This document shows, piece by piece, positions 52,189 to 60,519 of a stretch of DNA of 64,000 nucleotides. The translations under genes and the position numbers were made by a program. Under the pieces are notes generated by a model. The model searched no databases and was not told the DNA's origin. It saw only the letters and a list, made by a program, of their open reading frames with translations. Source of the DNA: an uncultured Planctomycetia bacterium (GTDB taxonomy: Bacteria > Omnitrophota > Gorgyraeia > Duberdicusellales > 4484-171); NCBI GenBank assembly GCA_964629655.1, contig CAZVQU010000002.1, positions 226,814-290,813 of the forward strand, written 5' to 3'. Within the stretch, counting starts at the first letter, position 1; each line of letters begins with the position of its first letter.

Positions 52189-52729
52189 AGTAAGTGCAAA
52201 GATAATCTACTGCGGATTTTAGGTCGTCAAATATATGGTCGGGTTCGAATTCCCACTGGTCTCGATTGGATATCTTCTCTTTACCAGAGAGAACAAGCAC
52301 TGATTTCGCCCCAAAACAGCGAGCAGCTCCCATGTCCACAAAAGAGTCGCCGATGAAAAAAGAAATCTCAGGATTAACGCCTAAGTCTAAAACTGCCTGC
52401 TTCAAAAGTCCAATCTTCGGTTTACGACAGGCGCAATTATCTGATTTGAGATGAGTACAATAATAGATACCCTTGACTCCAGCCCCTTGGGCCTTAAAGG
52501 CCTTTGACATATTCTCATTTATTTCATCTAAATCCTCCTGAGTGTATAGTCCCTTAGATACACCAGCTTGGTTAGAAATAACATATAATTTGAATCCACA
52601 AGCATTGAGTTTTTTTATTGCCTCGATACTTCCGGGAATAAACTTAAATTCCCTCCAATTATTCACATAATTGGTGTATCCCGGATACTCATTGATCACA
52701 CCGTCGCGATCAAGAAAAACTATCTTCAT
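52181..52729 (-). CDS. gmhB: D-glycero-D-manno-heptose 1,7-bisphosphate phosphatase (HAD-IIIA)
   Basis: HAD motif I FLDRDGVIN, ISNQAGVSKG, zinc-binding C-x-H...C-x-C (CTHLKSDNCACRKP), GDSFVD. Confidence 0.75.
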   Translation of the reverse strand: MKIVFLDRDGVINEYPGYTNYVNNWREFKFIPGSIEAIKKLNACGFKLYVISNQAGVSKGLYTQEDLDEINENMSKAFKAQGAGVKGIYYCTHLKSDNCACRKPKIGLLKQAVLDLGVNPEISFFIGDSFVDMGAARCFGAKSVLVLSGKEKISNRDQWEFEPDHIFDDLKSAVDYLCTYYG

Positions 52730-52777
52730 CCTTCTCCCTTCCCTGCCGGTAAAGCAGGTCTTTCTTCTACAATCTCT

Positions 52778-52805
52778 TATATTAACATTAAATTCTTGGC
52801 TTTCA
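52778..52805 (-). promoter_or_regulatory. Putative sigma-70 promoter (TTGAAA-16-TAATAT) for the gmhB-GT-priA-fmt-acyP-ligA array
   Basis: Minus strand reads TTGAAAgccaagaatttaatgtTAATATaagag within the 91-nt rluB-gmhB gap. A 5-bp hairpin (cctgc...gcagg) lies in the predicted 5'UTR. Confidence 0.4.
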
Positions 52806-52820
52806 AAGAAGAATCCCTCT

Positions 52821-53552
52821 TTAAATACGGAAAAAAGAGTACATTTTCTTGCCTTCGATCAGTCTATACTTACCGGCCTTTAAATTTCCTAGGACTAAGC
52901 TACCCATCCTGATTCTCTTCAGCTCTCTTACCGGAAACCCTAAGGCCTTGAATAATCTCCTCAAATGTCTTTTCTTACCCTCAGAAATTACCACCTTGCA
53001 TAAAGTATTATTCTCCTGACTACTCAGCCCTCTGATAGACTTTACTTTTAGATGTTCACCATATGAGTTTAAACCATTTTTAGCTCTTTGGCAATCAGCG
53101 GGAGACATTTTACCCTTAAGTTCTACTAAATACTCCTTTTCTATGGAAAATTTAGGGTGTGTTAACCGATAGCAAAAATCTCCGTCATTGGTAAGAATAA
53201 GCAGTCCATGTGACTGCCTATCTAATCTTCCTACCGGATAAACTCCCTCTCCGCCAAAAGCAGATTCACTCCCGGAAAAAAATTTCTTGGGAAAAAAATC
53301 AATTACCTTCTTAAGAGCAAATTTATCACTAAGGGTAGTAGTTACCCCCTTGGGTTTATTAAACAGAATGTAAATATGTTCTTTCGGCCTTAAGGCTTTA
53401 CCCTCAACCTCAACCTTATTCTTATTGCTAACTTCCAAGAAAGGCTTGAGCACTTCTTTACCGTCAACTTTTACCTTGCCTTCCTTGATAAGGCAATCGG
53501 CCTTCCTTCTTGAAGCATAGCCACTTTTAGCAATGAAAAGATTTAACCGCAT
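52821..53552 (-). CDS. rRNA pseudouridine synthase (RsuA/RluB family)
   Basis: N-terminal S4 domain (MRLNLFIAKSGYASRRKADCLIKEGKVKVDG) and catalytic VGRLDRQSHGLLILTNDG. Confidence 0.8.
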   Translation of the reverse strand: MRLNLFIAKSGYASRRKADCLIKEGKVKVDGKEVLKPFLEVSNKNKVEVEGKALRPKEHIYILFNKPKGVTTTLSDKFALKKVIDFFPKKFFSGSESAFGGEGVYPVGRLDRQSHGLLILTNDGDFCYRLTHPKFSIEKEYLVELKGKMSPADCQRAKNGLNSYGEHLKVKSIRGLSSQENNTLCKVVISEGKKRHLRRLFKALGFPVRELKRIRMGSLVLGNLKAGKYRLIEGKKMYSFFRI

Positions 53553-53564
53553 GGCTTTGATTAC

Positions 53565-54827
53565 TTACTTAGCAACAGATACCAGAACTTTATCTAAACC
53601 TACTTCCTCGATCACTACCGGAATAATTTGGCCCAAAGATGCCCTCCCTTTTAACCGAACCCGGATGTAGTTCTCAGTGTAACCGGACACAAAACCACCA
53701 TTCTCTTCCTCAGCAACCATATTAAGCCTCTTCCCTAAAAACTTCCTCTGGTAAATAAGAGAAAAATTCTTGGCCATTTTTCTCAAATACTCATACCTTT
53801 TACGAATCAAGGCAGGATTCTTTATCTTAGCTTCTGAAAATTGAGTCTTCTCTCGAGGAGAAAAGGTAAAGATATGCATACGCATTGGATTAACCTGTTT
53901 TAGAAAATCTACGGTATTTTGAAAACTCTCCTCGGTTTCAGTGGGAAAACCTACCATAATGTCACAGCTTATAGCAGCATCAGGCACAGTCTTCCTTATT
54001 CTGGAGACTTTCTCCTGGTATAAAGCTACTGTCTCCTTTTTGTTCATCTCCTTTAATATGCGATCATCCCCATATTGAAAAGGAAAGTGAAAATGCGGAC
54101 AGAGCTTACTGTGCCCGAGAAAGGAAAATAACCCCTGGTCTATAAAAAATGGCTCCAGGGAACTCAGGCGTAATCTCCCTAGTGAAGGTAGGGCTAAAAT
54201 TTCCTTTATTAAGTCGGCTAAGGTACATTGGGGAGACAAGTCTCTTCCGTAAAGACTTAAGTTTACTCCGCAAAGCACGACTTCACTATGCCTAGAGCAA
54301 ACCTTCTCTATCTCCCTTATGGCATCCTTCCTATCCTTGCTGCGAGACGGCCCCCGAAGATATGGAATCTTACAGAACGAACATAAATTATTGCATCCGT
54401 CCTGCACCTTGACGAAAGCGCGATGATTAGAAAAATAACTTATCTTTAAGGAATTTTTTTCTTTTTCCCGGAAGGATTCTCCTTGAGGCAAAGACGAACC
54501 AAGAATAATATCCGGCAAGAGATGCTTTTGATCCTGAGGAATAATATAATCCACGCCTATTTCTTCAATAAAGTCTCGATTTAGCTGGGTCAGGCATCCA
54601 CAGACTGCTATCTGAGCTTGAGGATTTTCTTTTTTTGCCCGAACAATTGCGTCTTTGGATTTACTATCAGCGCGAGAAGTCACAGTGCAGGTATTAATCA
54701 CATATAAATCAGCTCGCTGCTCAGTTATCGTATGCCCTAGAAAAGAAAACTTCTCCTTCAGGCCTTGAGTCTCATATTGATTGACCTTACAGCCAAGTGT
54801 AAAGAATTTAACCTTTAAACCGCTCAT
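53565..54827 (-). CDS. MiaB/RimO/MtaB-family radical-SAM methylthiotransferase
   Basis: N-terminal UPF0004 Cys triad (TLGCKVNQYE...INTCTVT...VCGC), radical SAM CNNLCSFC, C-terminal TRAM domain. 420 aa. Confidence 0.8.
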   Translation of the reverse strand: MSGLKVKFFTLGCKVNQYETQGLKEKFSFLGHTITEQRADLYVINTCTVTSRADSKSKDAIVRAKKENPQAQIAVCGCLTQLNRDFIEEIGVDYIIPQDQKHLLPDIILGSSLPQGESFREKEKNSLKISYFSNHRAFVKVQDGCNNLCSFCKIPYLRGPSRSKDRKDAIREIEKVCSRHSEVVLCGVNLSLYGRDLSPQCTLADLIKEILALPSLGRLRLSSLEPFFIDQGLFSFLGHSKLCPHFHFPFQYGDDRILKEMNKKETVALYQEKVSRIRKTVPDAAISCDIMVGFPTETEESFQNTVDFLKQVNPMRMHIFTFSPREKTQFSEAKIKNPALIRKRYEYLRKMAKNFSLIYQRKFLGKRLNMVAEEENGGFVSGYTENYIRVRLKGRASLGQIIPVVIEEVGLDKVLVSVAK

Positions 54828-55537
54828 TTCTTCTTTGAAAAATAGTTAATTAAACCTACCGAAAATATGCTTGCAGTCTCTACTCTTAAGATATGTGAAG
54901 ACAGCTTGAGGAACTTAAAGTTGTTCTGCTGAAGCTGCTTATACTCTAAAGGTGAAAAACCCCCTTCTGGACCAATGAGAACGAAAACTTCTTCTTGGCC
55001 ATCGATAAGACTGCTTAACTTTTCACCTTTAGCTGAAGCAACTAGCTTAATCTTATAGCTAACATTGGTAATTCCTTGAAAATCTAGAACCTCTTTCAAA
55101 GAAGGCATCCATAGCCTCCCTGACTGACGCAGGGCTTCAGTAATTATCCTCTCCCATCTTTCTAATTTCCTGTCAGTAACCTTAGTTTTCAGGCTCCTTT
55201 CACAGACAAAAGGAATAAAGCCCTCTACTCCTAACTCAGTCGCCTTCTGGAGAATAAAATCAATCTTATCCTCTTTGACAAGAGGAAAACCCAGAATTAT
55301 TCTTCTATCTGGTGCTAGGCTACTCTTAGAAAGGCTATCTCTTTTAATTGAAATACTCTTTTTAGTTATTGCCTCTATTCCGTACAAATACTCCTTACCC
55401 TGGCCATCAAAGATATGCAAAAAGTCTTCCTTTTCAAGACGCAAGACATTCCTGATTTTATGAACAAGATTTTTGTCCTTTATCTCAATAAAATTATTAA
55501 TATCTTTGGGTTGGATATGAATTCTTACCTTCGACAT
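54824..55537 (-). CDS. rsmE: 16S rRNA (uracil1498-N3)-methyltransferase
   Basis: 237 aa, RsmE fold with LIGPEGGFSPLE. Confidence 0.8.
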   Translation of the reverse strand: MSKVRIHIQPKDINNFIEIKDKNLVHKIRNVLRLEKEDFLHIFDGQGKEYLYGIEAITKKSISIKRDSLSKSSLAPDRRIILGFPLVKEDKIDFILQKATELGVEGFIPFVCERSLKTKVTDRKLERWERIITEALRQSGRLWMPSLKEVLDFQGITNVSYKIKLVASAKGEKLSSLIDGQEEVFVLIGPEGGFSPLEYKQLQQNNFKFLKLSSHILRVETASIFSVGLINYFSKKK

Positions 55538-55563
55538 ATTTATTGCTCGCTTTTGCTTCTAAG

Positions 55564-55636
55564 TGGACCGGAGCGGAGTTGAACCGCCGACCTCCTCGTT
55601 GCGAACGAGGCGTTCTCCCAACTGAACCACCGGCCC
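55564..55636 (-). tRNA. tRNA-Ala (anticodon CGC) with the G3:U70 identity pair
   Basis: GGGCCGG-TG-GTTC-AGTTGGG-AGAAC-G-CCTCG-TTCGCAA-CGAGG-AGGTC-GGCGG-TTCAACT-CCGCT-CCGGTCC-A. Confidence 0.85.
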
Positions 55637-55691
55637 ACTAAAAAATAAATGAAACCGTTTATATTTGTAAAATGGAGCTTTATCAGGCAGG

Positions 55692-56018
55692 TCAATACCA
55701 AGCTGTAACAACTACTGGATCAGTCCCTCCCGGACCAGAATTATTATCAGTATAAGTAATAGCTACCGAAAATCCTGAAGCAGGATAACCGCTAATACCG
55801 CCTCCTATACTAATTGTCCCCGTAGGATTAACACCTTTACGTAGGTCCTCAAGAGCCTCAACCATTCCGGCCTGGGCAGCAAAGAAAGCTCTATTGCGTT
55901 TTATCTTATGCTCAGCAATGCGAGACTCTTGGGTCATAAGGATGAGGGCAGCTAAAGCAAGAGTGAAAATTACTAATATAACCCCAATCACAACTACTAA
56001 AACTACACCTTTTCTCAT
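55692..56018 (-). CDS. PilX_N-domain protein (type IV pilus minor pilin/pseudopilin-like), 108 aa
   Basis: N-terminal hydrophobic helix followed by TQESRIAEHKIKRNRAFFAAQAGM, matching the PilX N-terminal pattern (T.EER.AGN.RD...AF.AAEAG). 4-nt overlap with the upstream gene. Confidence 0.5.
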   Translation of the reverse strand: MRKGVVLVVVIGVILVIFTLALAALILMTQESRIAEHKIKRNRAFFAAQAGMVEALEDLRKGVNPTGTISIGGGISGYPASGFSVAITYTDNNSGPGGTDPVVVTAWY

Positions 56019-56227
56019 TCTTGATCCTTTTTTCGCAGGCTAATCTGATAGTCAAGGCCATCCCCCTTAACTAAAACATGACCTTCCCGAGACAACCACC
56101 CCAAGCTCATAAGCGTTAGCTCGCGGGGTTTGCCTATTCCAACCATTAGCTGCTCTAAGCTTACTTGGCCGTACTTATCTAGAAAATCCCAAATTTCACC
56201 AGCTACTATTCCGATTTCTGTAATCAT
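56015..56227 (-). CDS. Small winged-helix protein (DUF2582-like wHTH), 70 aa
   Basis: IGIVAGEIWDFLDKYGQVSLEQL...LMSLGWLSREGHV matches the IG..AG.IW..L...G..S...L......ALGWLARE pattern of this family. Confidence 0.45.
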   Translation of the reverse strand: MITEIGIVAGEIWDFLDKYGQVSLEQLMVGIGKPRELTLMSLGWLSREGHVLVKGDGLDYQISLRKKDQE

Positions 56228-56445
56228 CTCTCTTTATTTATGCTCCCGCAAAGGGGACAGTTCCAAAATTCAAAGAAAATTGAGACAAAATATACCGAGG
56301 CGCAAACTTCACATTTTCTTTTCTCAAGCTGCATCTCCTTCTTAATCAATGAATTACGACGATTATTTATGCACTCCAAGAGAAAAGCAACCACCAGCCA
56401 TCCGCTTAAAATGATAGCTATAAATAATGAAAGCTCTATTCGCAT
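56224..56445 (-). CDS. Small membrane protein with a C-terminal C-x2-C...C-x2-C zinc ribbon, 73 aa
   Basis: N-terminal TM helix (LSLFIAIILSGWLVVAFLL), then CEVC...(17 aa)...CPLCGS. Translationally coupled to both neighbours. Confidence 0.4.
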   Translation of the reverse strand: MRIELSLFIAIILSGWLVVAFLLECINNRRNSLIKKEMQLEKRKCEVCASVYFVSIFFEFWNCPLCGSINKER

Positions 56446-57036
56446 TTATTTTACTACCCCTTCTAATTTTGTCCAGAAAAATCTATCATCAAGGAAAAAG
56501 GTAGACTCACGAAGGTATTTCTGCAAATACAAACTCCCATAGGAATTAACTGGTAATCTTTCGGGATAGAGAAAAAGAATTTTCCCATATGGCGAAACAT
56601 AAGCCTTGTAAGAAACATCTTCCTTCTCCCAAGGAGAAAAGACGGCTCCTCTTTCCCAAAGATAAAAGTGGCTTTGTCTAACCTTTGCGTCTCTTGGAGG
56701 AGAAATTTTAGTAATCTTGGGGATAAGGAAGCCTAAATTACGACCTTCCTTGGCTTCGAAAAGATATGAGCCCAGTGGATGAGGAGAAGAAAAATACTCT
56801 CTTCTAAGATTATCTGAAGAAAAATTTACACTTTTAGGAAAAACGACTTCCTTGGCCTCAAAAAACAAATCTTGATAACTAAGTATATTAAACCAGCTGT
56901 AAAAGGAAGGATCACCGGTTGCAGTAATCTTCAAAGAGCAGGAAAAGACAACTATTAAATGCACGAGCACCGAAAGCATTAAAGGGAAAAATATAGCAGA
57001 TTTTTTTTTCATCCGAAAAGACCTAGGGTTACTCAT
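56446..57036 (-). CDS. Membrane-anchored hypothetical protein (N-terminal TM, Tyr/Phe-rich periplasmic domain). Its position suggests a TonB/TolA-like partner of ExbBD, but no TonB_C motif is seen
   Basis: 196 aa. TM helix AIFFPLMLSVLVHLIVVF. 8-nt overlap with exbD. Confidence 0.4.
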   Translation of the reverse strand: MSNPRSFRMKKKSAIFFPLMLSVLVHLIVVFSCSLKITATGDPSFYSWFNILSYQDLFFEAKEVVFPKSVNFSSDNLRREYFSSPHPLGSYLFEAKEGRNLGFLIPKITKISPPRDAKVRQSHFYLWERGAVFSPWEKEDVSYKAYVSPYGKILFLYPERLPVNSYGSLYLQKYLRESTFFLDDRFFWTKLEGVVK

Positions 57037-57427
57037 CGTAAGTAGTAGCGATACCTATCTTCTCTATTCCAAGTCTTTTACAAACATCCCATATTTTTAC
57101 CACTACTCCTAAACTAGCATCTCTATCAGCCTTAATAAAGATAGAAGCAAATTTTCCTTCTTTTATAAAATTTTCAACCCCTTTGACCGTTAAAGGCTCA
57201 CCCCCAAGATAAATTATATCTTCGCTGGAAATAACTACTGTTAGAGATTGGACATCAATCTCCTCCGGTTTTAATGCTTTGGGAAGCTTAACATTAACGC
57301 CAGGAATAACTATAAAGCTAGAAGTAAGCATGAAGAAAATAAGTAGAAGAAAAATGCAGTCAATCAATGGAGCAATATCTATCTGCCGCAGACCTGCCTC
57401 TATTCTTGCACTCTTTCTAAACTTCAT
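57029..57427 (-). CDS. exbD: Biopolymer transport protein ExbD/TolR
   Basis: MKFRKSARIEAGLRQIDIAPLIDCIFLLLIFFM single-TM N-terminus plus periplasmic domain. 132 aa. Confidence 0.8.
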   Translation of the reverse strand: MKFRKSARIEAGLRQIDIAPLIDCIFLLLIFFMLTSSFIVIPGVNVKLPKALKPEEIDVQSLTVVISSEDIIYLGGEPLTVKGVENFIKEGKFASIFIKADRDASLGVVVKIWDVCKRLGIEKIGIATTYDE

Positions 57428-58049
57428 CAGTATACCTGCCTTGAGGCAGAAATTCTAAAAGCTCCGTAGCTGCCCTCTCTGCCCCGAGCGTAAGTAAATT
57501 GACCTTATGAACAAAATAGTTATACATAATATAACTTGGTATAGCCACACATAATCCGGCAACCGTGGTAAGAAGAGCTTCCCATATTCCACCAGCTAAA
57601 TCAGACGGGTTAACCAACCCCAGACTTGCTGTTTTTTGCTCAATAATATAAAAGCACTTAACCAGACCTACCACTGTTCCTAAAAGACCTAGAAGTGGTG
57701 AGATATGCGCAATTGTGCTTAAAAAATTCAAATTTTTCTCAAGCTTTGGTATTTCATATAAAGAAGTGTTTTCCATTGCTTCTTTAATTACATCCTTAGC
57801 TTCCTCATAATGGCTAAGGCCAGATTTTAAAATGTTGGTTGCGTAAAAAGGATTCTTTTCGCAAATGTCAATTGCCTCAGTTATCTTATTCTTACGCACC
57901 AAATCTAATATTTTTGATATAACTAATAAGTTATTACTTTTAATGCTAAGATAGAACAATAATCTCTCTACGATAATCGCTAAAGAAAAAAATGAACTCA
58001 AAATTATTGGTATAATCAGCCAGCCGCTTTTCGAAATCAATTCCCACAT
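57417..58049 (-). CDS. exbB: MotA/TolQ/ExbB proton-channel protein
   Basis: Three TM helices and conserved LLGTVVGLV...GGIWEALLTTVAGL region. 210 aa. Confidence 0.85.
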   Translation of the reverse strand: MWELISKSGWLIIPIILSSFFSLAIIVERLLFYLSIKSNNLLVISKILDLVRKNKITEAIDICEKNPFYATNILKSGLSHYEEAKDVIKEAMENTSLYEIPKLEKNLNFLSTIAHISPLLGLLGTVVGLVKCFYIIEQKTASLGLVNPSDLAGGIWEALLTTVAGLCVAIPSYIMYNYFVHKVNLLTLGAERAATELLEFLPQGRYTDEV

Positions 58050-58072
58050 AATACCTCCTTTTTAACAATTAC

Positions 58073-60508
58073 TCATTCTAGCTCTCTCAGCCTTGCCTGG
58101 GCTATATTAGCCTCTTTGACACCCAAGTTAATTATCTTCTGGTAAACTTTCTTAGCCTCTTCCCTTTTACCTATCTTCTCATAAATTCGGGCAATACGAA
58201 AGTAAGCTTTAACGTCATAATCTACAGAATTATTACTCCTAAAATCCCCTTGGTCAGAAAATGCATATATGGCTTTTAAATACTCCTCTATTGCATCTTG
58301 CCCTCTATCGGCCTTTTCTAAGCATAATCCTAAGCTAAATCTTAACTCAGGGTTATCTATATCCGCCTCAATTGCTCTTTGAAAAACAATTATTGCCTGG
58401 CGATAGTCCTTCATCTCCTTTAAAAGAAAGGCTTTATCGGCAAGAGCAATCTTAGAAATAGGAGAGGCCGATTCCACAAGATCATCGTATAACTTTAAAG
58501 CTTTTTGGAACTCCTCCTTTTGGAAAAGAATCTTTGCTAAATAGAATTTACCCTTCAAAGCTAAAGGGGTTTGTCGTCTAGACAGTCTTTGGAAATAACT
58601 TTGGGCTTTTTCTAGATTACCCCGATTCCAACAAAGATGGCCTAAAGAAAGTAAAGCCTCCTGGGCTGAAGAAGAATCTTTATAGTCGCTGATAACTTTC
58701 TTATAGTATTCCTCGGCCTCGAAATAGTTTTCTTCCTTCTCGTATACCCCCCCTAAATACAAAGCTACAGAGGCAGAATATTGTGAATGAGGATACCGAG
58801 CGAGAAAGTCCTTCCAAACCTTCTTGGCCTTATCAAACAAAGACAAATTAAGATATACATTTCCTATATCAATATAGGCTAATTCGGCGATTTCCTCATC
58901 TTTGAACCTTCCAACTATCTTTCTGAAGGCTAAGAGAGCCTGCTCATAATCCTTCTCATTGAAAAGGCACTTTCCGTAAAGATAGTTAACTTTAGAAATG
59001 GAATCGTCGCGAGGAAATTTATCGACGAAATCATTCAATAAGCTCTTTGCTTCTGCGTAATCTTCTCGGGAAAAGTATCCGACAGCCAAGTAATACTGAA
59101 CCTGGGGTATAAGTTTTGAGGTGGGAAAATTGCTCTTTAGAGTTTTTAGGGCTAAAAAAGCCTTTTCGAGATCCTTCTTTTTTAAAAAACACATTCCGAT
59201 CTGAAATTGAACATAGTCAGCGTATACTGTGTTGGGTTGATTCTTCAAAATATTATTGTAAATATCTAAAGCCTCGATGTATTTACCGGTTTCTTGGTAA
59301 GCATCAGCAATCTGGATCTGAGAACTCGCTTTTACAACAGGATTGTTAGCGTACTTTAGGGTACTCTTAAATTCATTAATTGCCTTTTTAAATTTACCAC
59401 CCTTTAGGTAACACCAGGCCAGACCATAGTGAGCCTTATTAACGATCTCTGCATATTCTGAGCCCCTAAAATTATCAAGCACATACTTATATACAGAAAT
59501 GGAATCGTTTAATCTCCCCATCTCATAAAGAAGGTCAGCTTTATTTAAATAAGTATCAATCAAAAAGTTACTTTTAGGATAATCTCTTATGAAATTATTG
59601 ACAGTCTCTAATGCCTGGATATAATCTCCAGCCTTGAAGTAATAAACGCCTTGCGAGAAAAGGCGTAATTCTTTATCTTTTATCCTGTCGATATTAGCCT
59701 TAGCCGCAGCTTTATCGCCCTTTTCAATATGGGTAAATCCCAGCCCCTGATAAATTAAATCTCTGAGTTCCAGATTACGACTACTTCTTAAAGCATGTTG
59801 ATAACTGCCTAAAGCCTTGCTCCACTCTCCCTTAATGTAATAACTTTCTCCGAGATAGAAATACACTCTTGAGCGAAGAGTTCCCTTAGGAAAATTTTTA
59901 ATATATTTCTCCCCTAAAGATATAATCTTATCATATTTTTTTCTCTGGAGGTAAATGCTTAAAATCTGAGAATAAGTATTGCCGGTTATCTCTTCTTGGA
60001 CACATTCAGCGATAATCTTATTGAAGATCTTTTCGGCTTGCCCCTCGTGACCCAACTCTAAATTACAGCTAGCCATTAAATAATAGGCCTCCCAGGTAAA
60101 TCTAGAATCCGGATAATCACCCACAAGCTTTTGAGTATAGTTTAGGACTTCTTTGAAATCTTTCCCGCGGAAATAGATAATACTTAGCCAATGGTAGGCT
60201 TCACTAAGGATATCTTCACCTTCCCCATTCCTCTCGATTTCCGTAAAAGTCTCTAGGGCTCTCGCATAGTCTTCCTTGTGATAATAACACTTAGCTATAT
60301 ATAGCTTAGCCTCGTAAACCAAAGGGCTCTTAGGAAAATCCCTTATAAATTTCTGAAAAAGTGAGAGAGAAGCATCGTAAAAGTCGTCAGAAAAAGCTTT
60401 AGCTGCAATTCTGATTTTTTCTTCTTCTTTGACGTCGGAAAAACTCCAGGAAGAAAAAAATACTGTTAATGCCAAGACTAAAATAAGAACTTTTGAGACT
60501 CTGATCAT
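58073..60508 (-). CDS. Secreted multi-TPR repeat protein (about 811 aa)
   Basis: Signal peptide MIRVSKVLILVLALTVFFSSWSFS (ORF-track start trimmed by 20 codons, which removes the overlap with uvrA), then about 18 TPR-like repeats. 23-nt gap to exbB, with AAGGAGG RBS. Confidence 0.8.
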   Translation of the reverse strand: MIRVSKVLILVLALTVFFSSWSFSDVKEEEKIRIAAKAFSDDFYDASLSLFQKFIRDFPKSPLVYEAKLYIAKCYYHKEDYARALETFTEIERNGEGEDILSEAYHWLSIIYFRGKDFKEVLNYTQKLVGDYPDSRFTWEAYYLMASCNLELGHEGQAEKIFNKIIAECVQEEITGNTYSQILSIYLQRKKYDKIISLGEKYIKNFPKGTLRSRVYFYLGESYYIKGEWSKALGSYQHALRSSRNLELRDLIYQGLGFTHIEKGDKAAAKANIDRIKDKELRLFSQGVYYFKAGDYIQALETVNNFIRDYPKSNFLIDTYLNKADLLYEMGRLNDSISVYKYVLDNFRGSEYAEIVNKAHYGLAWCYLKGGKFKKAINEFKSTLKYANNPVVKASSQIQIADAYQETGKYIEALDIYNNILKNQPNTVYADYVQFQIGMCFLKKKDLEKAFLALKTLKSNFPTSKLIPQVQYYLAVGYFSREDYAEAKSLLNDFVDKFPRDDSISKVNYLYGKCLFNEKDYEQALLAFRKIVGRFKDEEIAELAYIDIGNVYLNLSLFDKAKKVWKDFLARYPHSQYSASVALYLGGVYEKEENYFEAEEYYKKVISDYKDSSSAQEALLSLGHLCWNRGNLEKAQSYFQRLSRRQTPLALKGKFYLAKILFQKEEFQKALKLYDDLVESASPISKIALADKAFLLKEMKDYRQAIIVFQRAIEADIDNPELRFSLGLCLEKADRGQDAIEEYLKAIYAFSDQGDFRSNNSVDYDVKAYFRIARIYEKIGKREEAKKVYQKIINLGVKEANIAQARLRELE

Positions 60509-60519
60509 ATTATGAATTC

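Noticed and set aside
56446-57036. Annotating the 196-aa protein after exbD as TonB
   Set aside because: Its position fits, but the sequence shows no Pro-rich spacer and no TonB C-terminal YP/SSG-type motif. It is left as hypothetical with a note.
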